Positions 32,520 through 45,685 of a stretch of DNA of 64,000 nt are shown in pieces. Position 1 is the stretch's first letter; every line of letters starts with the position of its first letter. The stretch spans positions 123,256,001 through 123,320,000 of the forward strand of contig NC_090329.1 of the NCBI RefSeq assembly GCF_035084215.1, read 5' to 3'. Position numbers and translations under genes: made by a program. Origin of the DNA: Heptranchias perlo (Eukaryota). Below the pieces are notes generated by a model. That model was given only the letters and a program-made list of their open reading frames with translations. It did not search any database and was not told the DNA's origin.

Positions 32520-33960
32520 ACTGAAAGACGTTGAGAGAGAGAAAAAGATCGAGGTGTTAGTGTGCAAAGATCACTGAAGATTCATGATGAATGTAGAGAA
32601 GCTGTAGCTAAAGCTGACAGGATATTCGGTTGTATTAATAGAACAAATCAGTATAAATCAAAGGACATCGTTTAGTTACTATGCAGGTCGCTGATCAGTC
32701 CAGATGTGGAGTACTGTGCCCAGTTTTGCCCCCCCCCAACATGGTGGGTGATGTAGTGGCCTTAGAAAAAGACCAGAGGAGAGCTACAAGAATGATCCCG
32801 ATCTTAAAGAACTTCAGCTACTCAGATAGGCTTAAGGACTATTTACTTTACAGCAACGTAGACTTAGAGATGACCTGATAGAGGTCTATAAAATAATTAA
32901 AGGGCTGGGTAGCATCTCTATTGAGAGATTATTCCAGTTTAACAGATTGGGGAGGACCGCGGACATGAGTTTAAACTATGGAAGAGTACGAATAGACTGG
33001 ATGTTAGGCAGTTCTTCTTTTCCGGAAAGTAGTGAGCCTCTGGAATACAATGCCAGCTGGGTGCTGACTGTCTGTATAGCCTTCAAGACGGAGCTGGACC
33101 AGTTCCTGACTGGGGCCGAGATCGCATCATGTAGAAGGTAAGTGTCTTTATCGATAACACTTGGTCCGTGTGATCTCCTGGGCTGGTTTCGATCGCTTGA
33201 GGGGGTCGGAGAGAATTTTTCCAGAATATTCTTTTCTCTTGGCCCTGGATTTTTTCTCCCAGATAAACACATGGCTGTGCGGGGGTGGGGGGTGGGGGAG
33301 CGGGTGGTAAGGAAGTGTCTAGTCATGATGCTTCAGTCATCACGAGGTGTGGGGCAGGCTTGATGGACCGGCTGGTCTTTTCTTGCCTGTCAACTTCGTA
33401 CGTAACCCATTGGCGGGGGGCTCGAGGACCAGAGGACATAGATTTAAGGTGATTGGCAAAAGAACCAAAGATGACATGAGGAAAAACTTTTTTGCACAGC
33501 GAGTGGTTAGGATATGGAATGCACTGCCCGAGGGGGTGGTGGAGGCAGATTCAATCATGGCCTTCAAAAGGGAACTGGATAAGTACTTGAAAGGAAAAAT
33601 GTTGCAAAGCTACGGGGAAAGGGCGGGGGAGTGGGACTAGCTGGATTGCTCTTGCGTAGAGCCAGTGCGGACTCGATGAGTCGAATGGCTTCCTTCCATG
33701 CTGTAACCTTTCAATGATTCTATTCCATGATTCTAGGAATGAAGGGGGAAGTTAGAAATGTTTTCACACACAGGCTTATTAGAACATGGAATCATTTACC
33801 ACAGGCACTATTGAGGCAGGGACATTAACATCTAAAAGGGAACTGAAAAAATATAAAAAGGTACAGGGAAAGGACATGAGAAATGAGATTAGAGTCGGCA
33901 GCTTCATTTGGAGCTAGAACTGGCCAGATGGGGCGAATGGCCTCCTCCTGCGCTGTGGAT
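32520..33960 (+). mobile_element. Three adjacent CR1 3' fragments
   Basis: LEKDQRRATRMIP and TRGHRFKV..NFFAQRVVRIWNALP plus CR1 tails. Confidence 0.8.
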
Positions 33961-34354
33961 TGTATGGATCTAATTTACAGTCCCTTTTTTTTGGATTGAA
34001 GCAGACTGGCATCGGTTTATCAAACGTCTGGGCAATTTGGAGCAATTACATAATTCTGTTGCCAGAAAGGACAAGCAATGTGTTGCATGCGACAATTCTC
34101 TGAGGAGCTTTAGTTGCAAAAACTTCTAAAGGTCGACTGACGTGTTTGACATTTTTTGGGGGGTTTTTTTTTTGCATAATTCGAAAATGTGCTTCACAAT
34201 GGAAATGTTACTCATGGAAAATATGATATAAAAGGCTGGCATTTGTTGATTACTTTGGTCAGTAATTCATTTCAAAATTTTAAATAAAACTCTACTGGAA
34301 GCAGTCCTGGCATCAGTAGCTTGTGCTGTTGTTTTGTAACGCAATGAATGCTCA

Positions 34355-35060
34355 GGGTTGAAGGGTGGGGCGGGGGGGAAGAGGGGCGCTGGTGGTGGGG
34401 GTGGGGGGAGAGGAGCGATGGGGGGGGAGAGTGGGGGGGGGAGAGGGGTGGGGGGGGGAGAGGGGTGGGGGGGGAGAGGGGTGGGGGGGGAGAGGGGTGG
34501 GGGGGAGAGGGGTGGGGGGGAGAGGGGTGGGGGGGAGAGGGGGGGGAGGGGGGGGAGAGGGGTGGGGGGAGAGGGGTGGGGGGGAGAGGGGGGGAGGGGA
34601 GAGGGGGGAGAGGGGTGGGGGGGAGAGGGGTGGGGGGGAGAGGAGCGATGGGGAGAGGGGTGGGGGGGAGAGGAGCGATGGGGGGGGGAGGGGTGGGGGG
34701 GGAGAGGGGGGGGAGAGGGGGGTGGGGGGAGAGGAGCGATGGGGGGGAGAGGAGGGGTGGGGGAAGAGGGGGGGTGGGGGGAGAGGGGTGGGGGGGGAGG
34801 AGTGGGGGAGAGGAGTGATGGGGGGGAGAGGAGTGATGGGGGGAGAGGAGTGATGGGGGGAGAGGGGTGGGGGGGGAGAGGGGTGGGGGGGGAGAGGGGT
34901 GGGGGGAGAGGAGTGATGGGGGGGTGGGGGGAGAGGGGTGGGGGAGAGGAGTGATGGAGAGGAGTGATGGGGGGGGGGGAGAGGAGTGATGGGGGGGCAG
35001 AGGAGTGATGGGGGTGGGGGGAGAGGAGTGATGGGGGGTGGGGAGAGGGGTTGGGGGGAG
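34355..35060 (+). repeat. G-rich low-complexity repeat (ggggagaggggtgg / gagaggagtgatgggg)
   Basis: Dozens of G-runs of 4 or more. Confidence 0.95.
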
Positions 35061-35269
35061 AGCCTAGCTAAACAAATGAATGTAAGTGTGGAATTGAACT
35101 ACAGGAATTATTCTGGTACGTGCCCAATACATGGAGAAGTGCCCAAGTACCTTTTTCCTTTCTGTGTGTATGTGTGAGCACCATGTCTTCCCTGCCTTCC
35201 TCTCATTCACAACCCTGACCGCTCCACTGTCCAGCCCGTGCCTCAGACGACCCTTGGCCAGTGCCACAG

Positions 35270-35487
35270 GAGATCCACTGCCATGCCTTCAGCTGCCTAG
35301 GCCCTAAACTTCACCACCACTTCACCTCCTCATTTTAAGACGCTTCTTAAAACCTACCTCTTTGACCAACCTGTCCTAATATCTCCTTATGCGGCTCAGT
35401 GTCAAATTTTATCTGATTACGCTCCTGTGAAGCACCTTGGGCCGTTTTACTATGTTAATGGCGCTATGTAAGTACAAGTTGTTGTTT
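35270..35487 (+). mobile_element. L2 3' tail fragment
   Basis: Matches 5480-5737. Confidence 0.8.
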
Positions 35488-36069
35488 ATATTCTATAATG
35501 CACTGTGCATTACACTGTGTAATACTCCTGTAACTAGAACACTGTGTATCCTTTGACACTCCATCAGTAATGCCAGAGGAGAGCTTGGAGTAGTCAAGGG
35601 AACCCCTTTTATACGTCCTGAAGCTCCTGTTAATAAGCGTCACTGACAGCTAGCACGTAAGTTGTGCTTCACCAAATTAAAGTCTTCAGTGCAATCTACA
35701 TACATCAAATGCAGTTTCTCTGAACCAAGTAGGCTTTAAATAGGAGGGTGGAGGAATTGAGGTCACTCCACTTCCATGTGGCCTACTGTTGAACAATTAA
35801 ACAGGCAGTGGTGTTTGATGGAATGATTTTGTTATGTTAGATTTCTTTTATATTGGAAATGACGTGTCCAAAAGGAATGAGGCAGCCCACACAACTCTTG
35901 CATTTGTGAATTAAGCCAACAAACTCTGGCAACCCTGACGTTCTGGACTCAGTGATGTGAGGGAGTCAGCTCTATGTCAAAATATCACTGAGGTTGTCAG
36001 AGTTGTGAGTCTCTTGTATTCTCCTGAGGGTTATGCGTGTGTGTGTATGAGCAGGAAAACATGAGTTGG

Positions 36070-36515
36070 GCCTGCCTGCAGCAGTACTGAGCTTGCCTGG
36101 TGCTGTATTGGCCCAGTCCGGTGCAATAATTGGTTTGTTCGGTGCTGTACTGGGTTTCCCCAGTGCTGTAATGGTCCTGTCTGGTGCAATACTGGGTATC
36201 CCCACTGCTGTAATCACCCTGTCTGGTGCAGTACTGGGTATCCCCACTGCTGTAATGGTCCTGTCTGGTGCAGTACTGGGTATCCCCACTGCTGTAATGG
36301 TCCTGTCTGGTGCAGTACTGGGTTTCCTCGGTGCTGTAATGGTCCTGTCTGGTCCAGTACTGGGTTTGTTCGGTGCTGTAATGGTCCTGTCTGGTGCAGT
36401 ACTGGGTTTGTTCGGTGCTGTAATGGTCCTGTCTGGTCCAGTACTGGGTTTGCTCGGTGCTGTAATCTTCCTGTCTTGTCCAGTACTGGGTTTGCTCGGT
36501 GCTGTAATCGTCCTC
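36070..36515. repeat. 42-bp minisatellite built from two 21-bp subunits
   Basis: ggtgctgtaatggtcctgtct / ggtgcagtactgggtttgttc alternate about 10 times. Confidence 0.92.
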
Positions 36516-36519
36516 CCTG

Positions 36520-39185
36520 TTCTTATATTCTATGCCTCAGCTAATAAAGGAAAGTATCCCCTATGCCTTCTTAACTACCTTATCTACCTGTCCTGCTACC
36601 TTCAGAGTTATGTGGACATGCACTCCAAGGTCTCTTTGTTCCTCTACCTCTCTGTATCCTCCCATTTATTGTGTATTCCCGTGCCTTGTTTGCCCTCTCC
36701 AAATGCATTACCTCACACTTCCCCAGGCTGAATTCTATTTGCCACTTTTCTGCCCACCTGACCAGTCCACAGCTTCCTGCAGTCTATAGCTTTCCTCCTC
36801 ACTATCAACCATAGAATCATAGAATCATAGAAGTTACAACATGGAAACAGGCCCTTCGGCCCAACATGTCCATGTCGCCCAGTTTATACCACCAAGCTAG
36901 TCCCAATTGCCTGCACTTGGCCCATATCCCTCTATACCCATCTTACCCATGTAACTGTCCAAATGCTTTTTAAAAGACAAAATTGTACCCGCCTCTACTA
37001 CTGCCTCTGGCAGCTCGTTCCAGACACTCACCACCCTTTGAGTGAAAAAATTGCCCCTCTGGACCCTTTTGTATCTCTCCCCTCTCACCTTAAATCTATG
37101 CCCCCTCGTTATAGACTCCCCTACCTTTGGGAAAAGATTTTGACTATCGACCTTATCTATGCCCCTCATTATTTTATAGACTTCTATAAGATCACCCCTT
37201 AACCTCCTACTCTCCAGGGAAAAAAGTCCCAGTCTGTCTAACCTCTCCCTGTAAGTCAAACCATCAAGTCCCGGTAGCATCCTAGTAAATCTTTTCTGCA
37301 CTCTTTCTAGTTTAATAATATCCTTTCTATAATAGGGTGACCAGAACTGTACACAGTACTCCAAGTGCGGCCTCACCAATGCCCTGTACAACTTCAACAA
37401 GACATCCCAACTCCTGCATTCAATGTTCTGACCAATGAAACCAAGCATGCCGAATGCCTTCTTCACCACCCTATCCACCTGTGACTCCACTTTCAAGGAG
37501 CTATGAATCTGTACTCCCAGATCTCTTTGTTCTATAACTCTCCCCAACGCCCAACCATTAACGGAGTAGGTCCTGGCCCGATTCGATCTACCAAAATGCA
37601 TCACCTCACATTTATCTAAATTAAACTCCATCTGCCATTCATCGGCCCACTGGCCCAATTTATCAAGATCCCGTTGCAATCCTAGATAACCTTCTTCACT
37701 GTCCACAATGCCACCAATCTTGGTGTCATCTGCAAACTTACTAACCATGCCTCCTAAATTCTCATCCAAATCATTAATATAAATAACAAATAACAGCGGA
37801 CCCAGCACCGATCCCTATGGCCGATTTTTGTATCATCTGCAAACTTCTTAATCGTGCCCCTTACATTTAGGTCTAAATCATTTACATATAACAAGCAAGG
37901 AACCTAGTACTGAACCCTGTGGAACCCCACTGGAAACAACCTTCCAGTCACAAAAACACCCGTCGACCATTACCCTTTGCTTCCTGCCACTGAGTCAATT
38001 TTGGATCCAACTTGCCACTTTCCCTTGGATCCCATGAGCTTTTACTTTTTTGACCATTCTGCCATGAGGGACCTTGTCAAAAGCCTTGCTAAAAATCCAT
38101 GTAGACTGCATCAAATACACTACCCTCATCGACCCTCCTTGTTACCTCCTCAAAAAAATTTAATCCAGTTAGACACGACTTCCTTTAACAAATCCATGCT
38201 GACTGTCCTTGATTAACCTGTGCCTTTCTAAATAACGATTAATACTGTCCCTCAGAATTGTTTCCAATAATTTGCCCACCACCGAGGTTAGACTGACTGG
38301 CCTGTAATTACTCGGTCTATCCTTTTCTCCCTTTTTAAACAACGGTACAACATTAGCAGTCCTCCAATCCTCCAGCACCACGCCTGTAGTCAGAGAAGAT
38401 TTGAAAATGTTGATCAGAGCCTCTGCTATTTCCTCCCTTGCTTCTCTTAACAGCTTGGGATACATTTCATCTGGGCCTGGCGATTTATCTACTTTCAAAG
38501 ATGCTAAATCCCTTAATATTTCCTCCCTCACTATGTTTATCCCATCCAATATTTCACACTCCTCCTTAACTAGTCTCTGCATCGTCCCCCTCTTTTATAA
38601 AGACAGACGCAAAGTATTCATTAAGAACCATGCCCACATCTTCTGCCTCCACACATAGGTTACCTTTTTGGTCTCTAATAGGCCCTATTCTTTCCTTAGT
38701 TATCCTCTTGCTCTTTATGTATTTATAAAACATCTTTGGGTTTTCCTTGATTTTACTTGTCAGTATTTTTTCATGCCCTCTCTTTGCTTTCCTAGTCTTT
38801 TTAATTTCACCCCTACACTTTCTACACTCCTCTAGGCTTTCTGCCGTATCGAGCTCTTGGTGTCTGACATAAGCTTCCCTTTTTTGCATTATCTTACCCT
38901 GTATGCTTCTTGACATCCAGGAAGCTTTAGATTTGGCAGTCCCACCCTTTTTCTTAGTGGGAACGTATTTGCTCTGAACCCTCACTATCTTCCCTCTTTA
39001 ATTCCCCCCACTGTTCTGACACTGATTTACCTTCAAGTAGCTGTTTCCAGTCCACTTTTGCTAAATCACTTCTCAACTTAGTAAAATTTGGCCTTTCCCC
39101 AATTAAGAACTTTAACTCCTGTTCTATCTTTGTCCTTTTCCATCACTATGCTAAAACTAACTGAATTATGATCACTACCACCATT
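36520..39185 (-). mobile_element. Older CR1 ORF2 fragment interrupted by a younger CR1
   Basis: KIKENPKMFYKY, KSPGPD, NYRPVSLTS and FADDTKIG, with frameshifts. Confidence 0.88.
36812..37815 (-). mobile_element. Young 5'-truncated CR1, same family as 20172-24435, with an uninterrupted 303-codon RT C-terminus
   Basis: Nearly identical to 20172-21170; (ctatgatt)n tail. Confidence 0.93.
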
Positions 39186-40444
39186 TCCTGCACATGTGGC
39201 CCTCCAGGGCACATGAAGTGTCCTGAAATTCCCACATGGCACAGGAATTGCAGGCAATGGGTCTTAACTACCCATCCATTATATTTAGAAACCTTTTTTT
39301 TCTAAACCGCCCTTTAGATACTCAATTATTATTAATTTACTTTTTACTTACCCCAATTAACCTACCCTATTATTCCTGGTCTCTCAGAGCTCCTCCTCTC
39401 TGTTCACTGTCCTTTCCCCTCTACACCTAATACCCCCTCTCACCAAATTCTCAAGTTCCCACTCTGCTCGCAGTGCGCTCTGTGCATCAGCAGATAACCT
39501 TCTATTTAGACAACTTTTGAGAACAGCGGTTCCAACTGCTCAGTCAGCTTCTGGCTAACAGTAATTGCCCTCTGTTCAGGCAATCACTTACAGCTGATTG
39601 ACTGTTAACCGCCACTGACTTGCAGTTTCTGTTAACTGTTACCTGACTTGCAGTTGTTCCCTTTATCCAGAATGTTTCCTGTTGACAGAAGTGGCCAAAA
39701 TTTTGGGGATGTTTGCGACTTGCTGGCTGGGCACAAGAGTTGGTAGCTGAGATCAGGATCAACTTAAGGGCAGCGAACTTCACTCTGTGGCCTGTTTTGT
39801 ACACAGAGAGTGGCCTTGCTGCCATATTGGGCACTGGCATCATAGAATAGTGGGCCACAGGTTCGTACCTGTTTGCCAACAGTCTGTATGCCTGAGAAGT
39901 GTAAAGTAATGCAATCAACACATGAAATATTAAAACCCTATGGCAGGGTGACCTATCTTCAGAAGAATATTATTGTTTTGAGGGTGACGAGAACATTCCT
40001 AGTTATTAGAAGAAAATTGAGAGAAGACATGACACAGGTCTTGTTTGTTTGTTATAAAATAAATGCATCAATATTGGGCATGATTATATTTTGCATTGTT
40101 TAATGCATAACCAGTCTATAATTGTACAGTGAATCAGGCTTTTCTAAAGAGTTCTGCAGGCAACAATTTTCAAGAAAAGGCACTCAGTTCCTACAGTATT
40201 AGATAATCAATATTTACTGTTGCCACATTTTTCTTGATCATAATCCATGAACATACAATCAACCAAGGATTGGCACAATTGCAGTGGTTAACTCATCACT
40301 CATGTAAGTAAATGAAAACATTAACTTACTAGTTGATCTCCCATGGTATTGCATACAGGGAATGAAGGTGAACTACACTCTTGTCAAGCGTGGTTAAAGG
40401 GCAGGTGATAATTGGACCCCACAGGAGGGGGACAGAAAGGGGAC

Positions 40445-41022
40445 AAGGCCTTGGTGAGACCACACCTTTAGTATTGTGTGCAGTTTTGGCCTCCTTACCT
40501 AAGAAAGGATATACTTGCCATAGAGGGAGTTCAGCGAAGATTCACCAGACTGATTCCTGGGATGGCAGGACTGTCATATGAGGAGAGGATGGGTCGACTC
40601 GGCCTGTATTCACCCGAGTTTAGAAGAATGAGAGGGGATCTCATTGAAACATAAAATTCTGACAGGGCTAGACAGATTGGTTGGAGGGAGGATGTTTCCC
40701 CTGGCTGGGGGGTCCAGGACGAGGGGTCACAGTCTCAGGATACGGGGTAGGACATTTAGGACTGAGATGAGGAGAAATTTCTTCCCTCAGAGGGTGGTGA
40801 ACCTGTGGAATTCTCTACCACAGAAGGCTGTGGAGGCCAAGTCACTGAATATATTTAAGAAGGAGCTAGATAGATTTCTAGACACGAAAGGCATCAAGGG
40901 GTATGGGGAGAGAGCAGGAATATGGTATTGAGATAGAGGATCAGCCATGATCATATTCAATGGTGGAGCAGGCTCGAAGGGCCAAATGGCCTACTCCTGC
41001 TCCTATTTTCTATGTTTCTATG
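40445..41022 (+). mobile_element. CR1 3' fragment
   Basis: TRGHSLRIRG..NFFPQRVVNLWNSLP; ttctatgtttctatgt tail. Confidence 0.88.
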
Positions 41023-41139
41023 TACCAGCACAATAAGCTTCCAGTCTTTCCCAGGTCAGTCTGGGGAGATGCCAGGCAGATATGAGGTGCTTTTCTCTAC
41101 CATGTAAGTTAAAAAAGGGCAAATCAGCCTGCCCTGTTC

Positions 41140-41622
41140 TCATGTGTCACCTAGGAGTAGGTTACAGGACGATATTGTTCTGTACTCCTTGAGCTCATCC
41201 AAAACTCGCACCAAGTCCCGTTCACCCAACACCTCTGTGCTCGCTGATCTACGGTGGCTCCTAGTCCAGCAACGCCTCGATTTTAAAATTCTCATCCTTG
41301 ATTTCAAATTGCTCCATGGCCTCATCTCTCCCTATCCCTATAACCTCCTCCAGCTCGACAACCCTCCGAGATCACTGTGTTCTTCCAATTCAGGCCTCTT
41401 GTCCATCCCCCATTTCCTTCGCTCCACCATTGGCGGCCGTGCTTTCTGTCTGGATTTCCCTTCCTAAACCTCACCTTCCTCCTTTTAAGACGCTCCTTAA
41501 AACCTACCTCTTTCCTGTCTCTAATGTCTCCTTCTTTGGCTCGGTTTCAAGTTTTGTCTGATAACGCTCCTGTGAAACTTTACTACGTTAAAGGCTCTGT
41601 ATAAATGCGAGTTGTGATTGTT
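41140..41622 (+). mobile_element. L2 3' fragment
   Basis: LRWLLVQQRLDFKIL..RSLCSS plus L2 tail. Confidence 0.8.
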
Positions 41623-41821
41623 GAATTAGGTCACCTGCTTCAGTAAGATCCTAGTAGGACTGGAGATCGGAAAGGCCTGTTTTGGGATGTTTGCTTTCAG
41701 CATCTTGACTCGTTTTTCTTTTGCTCTTGTGCATGTCCTGGAACAATTTAAAGAGCTCCACTCATCGTAATTCAGGCGAAGCTTTATTGCAGTCGACCTA
41801 ACTCTCTGCAGCAACCCCTTG

Positions 41822-42262
41822 TAGAAAGAGAGACTTGCATTTATATAGCATCTTTCTCGACCTCAGGACGTCTCAAAGTGCTTTACAGCCAATGAAATAT
41901 TTTGGAAGTGTAGTCACTGTTGTAATGTAAGAAACACGACAGCCAATTAGCACAGGTCCCTCAAACGGCAATGTGATAATGAGCTTTAGTGATGTTGGTT
42001 GAGGGATAACTCTTGACTAGGACACCAGGGAGTACTCCCCTGCTCTTCTTCAAGATAGCGCCATGGGATCTTTTAAGTATACCTGAGAGGGCCTCGGTTT
42101 AATGTCTCACCCGAAAGACAGCACCTCCAATAGTGCAACACCCCCTCGGTGCTGCACCTGAGTGTCAGCCTAGATTATGTTCTCATGTCTCTGAGAGTGG
42201 GGCTTGAACCCACAACCTTCTGACTCAGAGGTGAGTGTGCTACCAACTAAGCCACAGCCAAC
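41822..42262 (-). mobile_element. Full-length SacSINE1-like SINE
   Basis: Reverse complement of 3935-4380, with A/B boxes at the right end. Confidence 0.8.
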
Positions 42263-42547
42263 ATGGCTTTGTTTTTTTGAAGTCAGGCATATTCCTGTCC
42301 CTCAGCCAGCAGGTATTTATCTTCTGTTCTTCGGCGAACCATGAGATTCCCTAGGAAATGGTCTAGGACATCAAAGGAAGGATGTGGTATTCCATCTGCT
42401 GACCTGTTCAATCTCTATACCATGAGGAGGGGGGAGGGGGAGGGAGAGGAAGAGGAAGACAGACAAACATTGGAGGCCAATCCTCGAGGGAGCAAATGGT
42501 GGGTGAGGAATTCCCATACCCGTGTTTGGATCTTTCCAGCAGGCAGA

Positions 42548-43225
42548 GAAAAGAACTTGCAGTTTTGTAGCACCTTATCCTCGGGACATCTCAAAAGTGC
42601 TTTGCAGCCAATCAATTATTTTTGAGGCGTAGCCACTGTGCACATATAGGCGAACAACAATTTCCACACAGCAAATAGGACGAAAGACCAGTTAATCTGT
42701 TATGGATTGATTGTGGTTCTTAGGATTCTGAAGTGATTAGATAACATAGACCATAACAAGCTGTTTCACCTTGTCCAGAACAGTTGAACCAGAGGACTTG
42801 GCCTGCACTTGAAGGGGGTAAATTCAAAACTAATCTGCGGAAACAATATTTCAGTGCTGGAGTGGTCAATCCATGGAACAGGCTCCCGAGGTAGACAGCG
42901 GAAGCAGCTGGTATCGATTCATTCAGATGGAAATTAGACAGATATCTCTCAGAAAATAACATTTTGGGCTTCAGACAATGAGTAATTTGAGACATGACAT
43001 GTGGTAAGTGTAGCAGGCTTGGGAGGAACAGATGACTTTGGATCTATGGTTCCCAAAGCTCTCCATCACTGGGGGTTTTCCTTGTGTTGTAGACTAATTG
43101 ATGGAGATTGATTGCTGTGATTAGTCAACAACTCCATTATCGTTGTATCAAGCGACTACCAGGATGGTAGAAGACGAACTAGATGGACCTTGGTCTTTCT
43201 TTCATCTAGCAATTCCTATGTTCTA
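42548..43225. mobile_element. SINE tail (minus, 42548-42700) and long-tailed CR1 3' fragment (plus, 42720-43225)
   Basis: Similarity to other in-window copies; tail ttcctatgttct. Confidence 0.65.
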
Positions 43226-43397
43226 ATGAAGGAGAAATGTTTGTCTGCAATCCCTGCTTTTTTAAAAATAATGCCTTGAGATCTTTGACATCACCTGAAT
43301 AGGCAGACAGTTAGCACTCCTTTAGTGTTGCAGTAATTAATCAGCTTAGTTTACATGCTTAAGTCCTGGAGTGGGGCTTGAACGCTCAAACTTTGGA

Positions 43398-45072
43398 CCA
43401 AGGAAGAAGATGCTGCCAGAGTCCCAGTAAAGGAAGATGTAGTTGAGATACTGAATGGGCTAAAAATTGAGAAATAAGAGGTACTAGAAAGGCTAGCTGT
43501 ACTTAAAGTAGATAAGTCACCCGGTCCGGATGGAATGCATCCTAGGTTGCTGAGGGAAGTGAGGGTGGAAATTGCGGAGGTACTGGCCATAATCTTCCAA
43601 ACATCTTAGATACAGAGGTGGTGCCAGAGGACTGGAGAATTGCAAATGTTACACCCTTGTTCAAAAAAGGGTGTAAGGATAAACCCAGCAACTACAGGCC
43701 AGTCAGTTTAACCTCAGTGGTGGGGAAACTTTTAGAAATGATAATCCGGGACAGAATTAACAGTCACTTGGACAAGTATGGATTGATTAGGGAAAGCCAG
43801 CACGGATTTGTTAAAGGCAAATCGTGTTTAATTAACCTGATAGAGTTTTTTGATGAGGTAACAGAGAGTGTAGATGAGGGCAATGCAGTTCATATGGTGT
43901 ATATGGACTTTCAAAAGGCTTTCGATAAAGTGCTGCTTGGTAGGCTTGTCACCAAGATTGTGGCCCATCTAAAAAGGGCGCAGTAGCAAGATGGATACAG
44001 AATTGGCTAAGTGACAGGAAACAGAGTAGTGGTGAACGGTTGTTTTTCGGACTGGTGGGAGTGGTGTTCCCCAGAGGTCAGTGCTGGGACCACTGCTTTT
44101 CTTAATATATATTAATGATTTGGACTTGGGTGTACAGGGCACAATTACAAAATTTGCAGATGACACAAAACTTGGAAGTGTAGTGAACAGTGAGGAGGAT
44201 AGTGATAGACTTCAAGAGGATATAGACAGGCTGGTGGCATGGGCGGACACATGGCAGATGAAATTTAACACAGGAAAATGCGAAGTGATACATTTCGGTA
44301 GGAAGAACGAGGAGAGGCAATATAAACTAGACGGCTCAATTCTAAAAGGGGTACAGGAACAGCGAGATCTGAGGGTATATGTGCACAAATTGTTAAAGGT
44401 GGCAGGGCAGGTTGAGAAAGCAGTTAAAAAGCATACGGGATCCTGGGCTTTATAAATAGAGGCATAGAGTACAAAAGCAAGGAAGTCATGATGAACCTTT
44501 ATAAAACACTGGTTCGACCATAACTGGAGTATTGTGCCCAGTTCTGGGCCACGCACTTTAGGAAAGATGTGAAGGCCTTAGAGAGGGTGCAGAAGAGATT
44601 TAATAGAATGATTCCAGGTTGAGGAACTTTAGTTACGTGGATAGACTGGAGAAGCTGGGGTTGTTCACTTTGGAACAGAGACGATTGAGAGGAGATTTGA
44701 TAGAGGTATTCAAAATCATGAAGGGTCTACACAGAGTAGATAGAGAGAAACTGTTCCCAATTGGCGGAAGGGTCAAGAACCAAAGTGCAGAGATTTAAGG
44801 TGATTGTCAAAAGAACCAAAGGTGACAGGAGGAAAAACATTTTTACACAGTGAGTGGTTAGGATCTGGAATGCACTGCCCAAGGGGGTGGTGGAGGTAGA
44901 TTCAATCATGGCCTTCAAAAGGGAACTGGATAAGTACTTGAAAGTAAAAAAATTTGCGGGGCTACGGGAAAAGGGCGGGGGGAGTGGGACGAGCTGGTTT
45001 GCTCTTGCATAGAGCCAGCGCAGACTCAATGGGCCGAATGGCCTCCTTCCATGCTGTAACCTTTCTATGATT
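43398..45072 (+). mobile_element. CR1 RT/3' fragment
   Basis: PEDWRIANVTPLFKKG, NYRPVSLTS, DFQKAFD, LGPLLFLIYINDL, FADD; frameshifted. Confidence 0.92.
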
Positions 45073-45224
45073 CAAGGGTGCTACCAAATGAGTTAACTAG
45101 TTATCAGTAGAATTTATAGAGTGGCATTAACAGAAGCCTGGGGACAGTAGACAGCCTGTCCTTTTGACTAGGCACAGTGGTGGGTAGAGAGTTGGTCCCT
45201 GATGTTATAGTGGGTTAAAAAAAA

Positions 45225-45685
45225 GCAAGAACTTGTATTTCTTTAGCGCCTTTCATGACATCAGGACGTCCCAAAGCACTTTACAGCCAATGAGGTACTT
45301 TTGAAGTGTAGTCACTGTTGTAATGTAGGAAATGTAGCAGCCAAATTGTGAACAGCAAGGTCCCACAAACAGCAATGTGATAATGACCAGATAATCTGTT
45401 TTAGTGATGCTAGTTGAGGGATAAATATTGGCCAGGACACTGGGGAGAACTCCCTTGTTCTTCTTCTAAATAGTGCCGTGGGATCTTTTAGGTCCACCTG
45501 AGAGAGTAGACTGGGCTTCAGTTTAACGTCTCATTCGTAAGACGGCTCCTCTGACAGTGCGGCACTCCCTCAGTACTGCACTGGAGTGTCAGCCTAGATT
45601 ATGAGCTCAAGTCTCTAGAGTGGGACTTGAGCCCACAACTTCTGACTCAGACAACAATGCTGCCCACTCAGCCAAGGCTGACACC
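45225..45685 (-). mobile_element. Full-length SacSINE1-like SINE (plus-strand head fragment at about 45770-45865)
   Basis: Reverse complement of 3935-4380. Confidence 0.8.

Noticed and set aside
34348-34954. Gly/Arg-rich ORFs
   Set aside because: Low-complexity G-tract translations.
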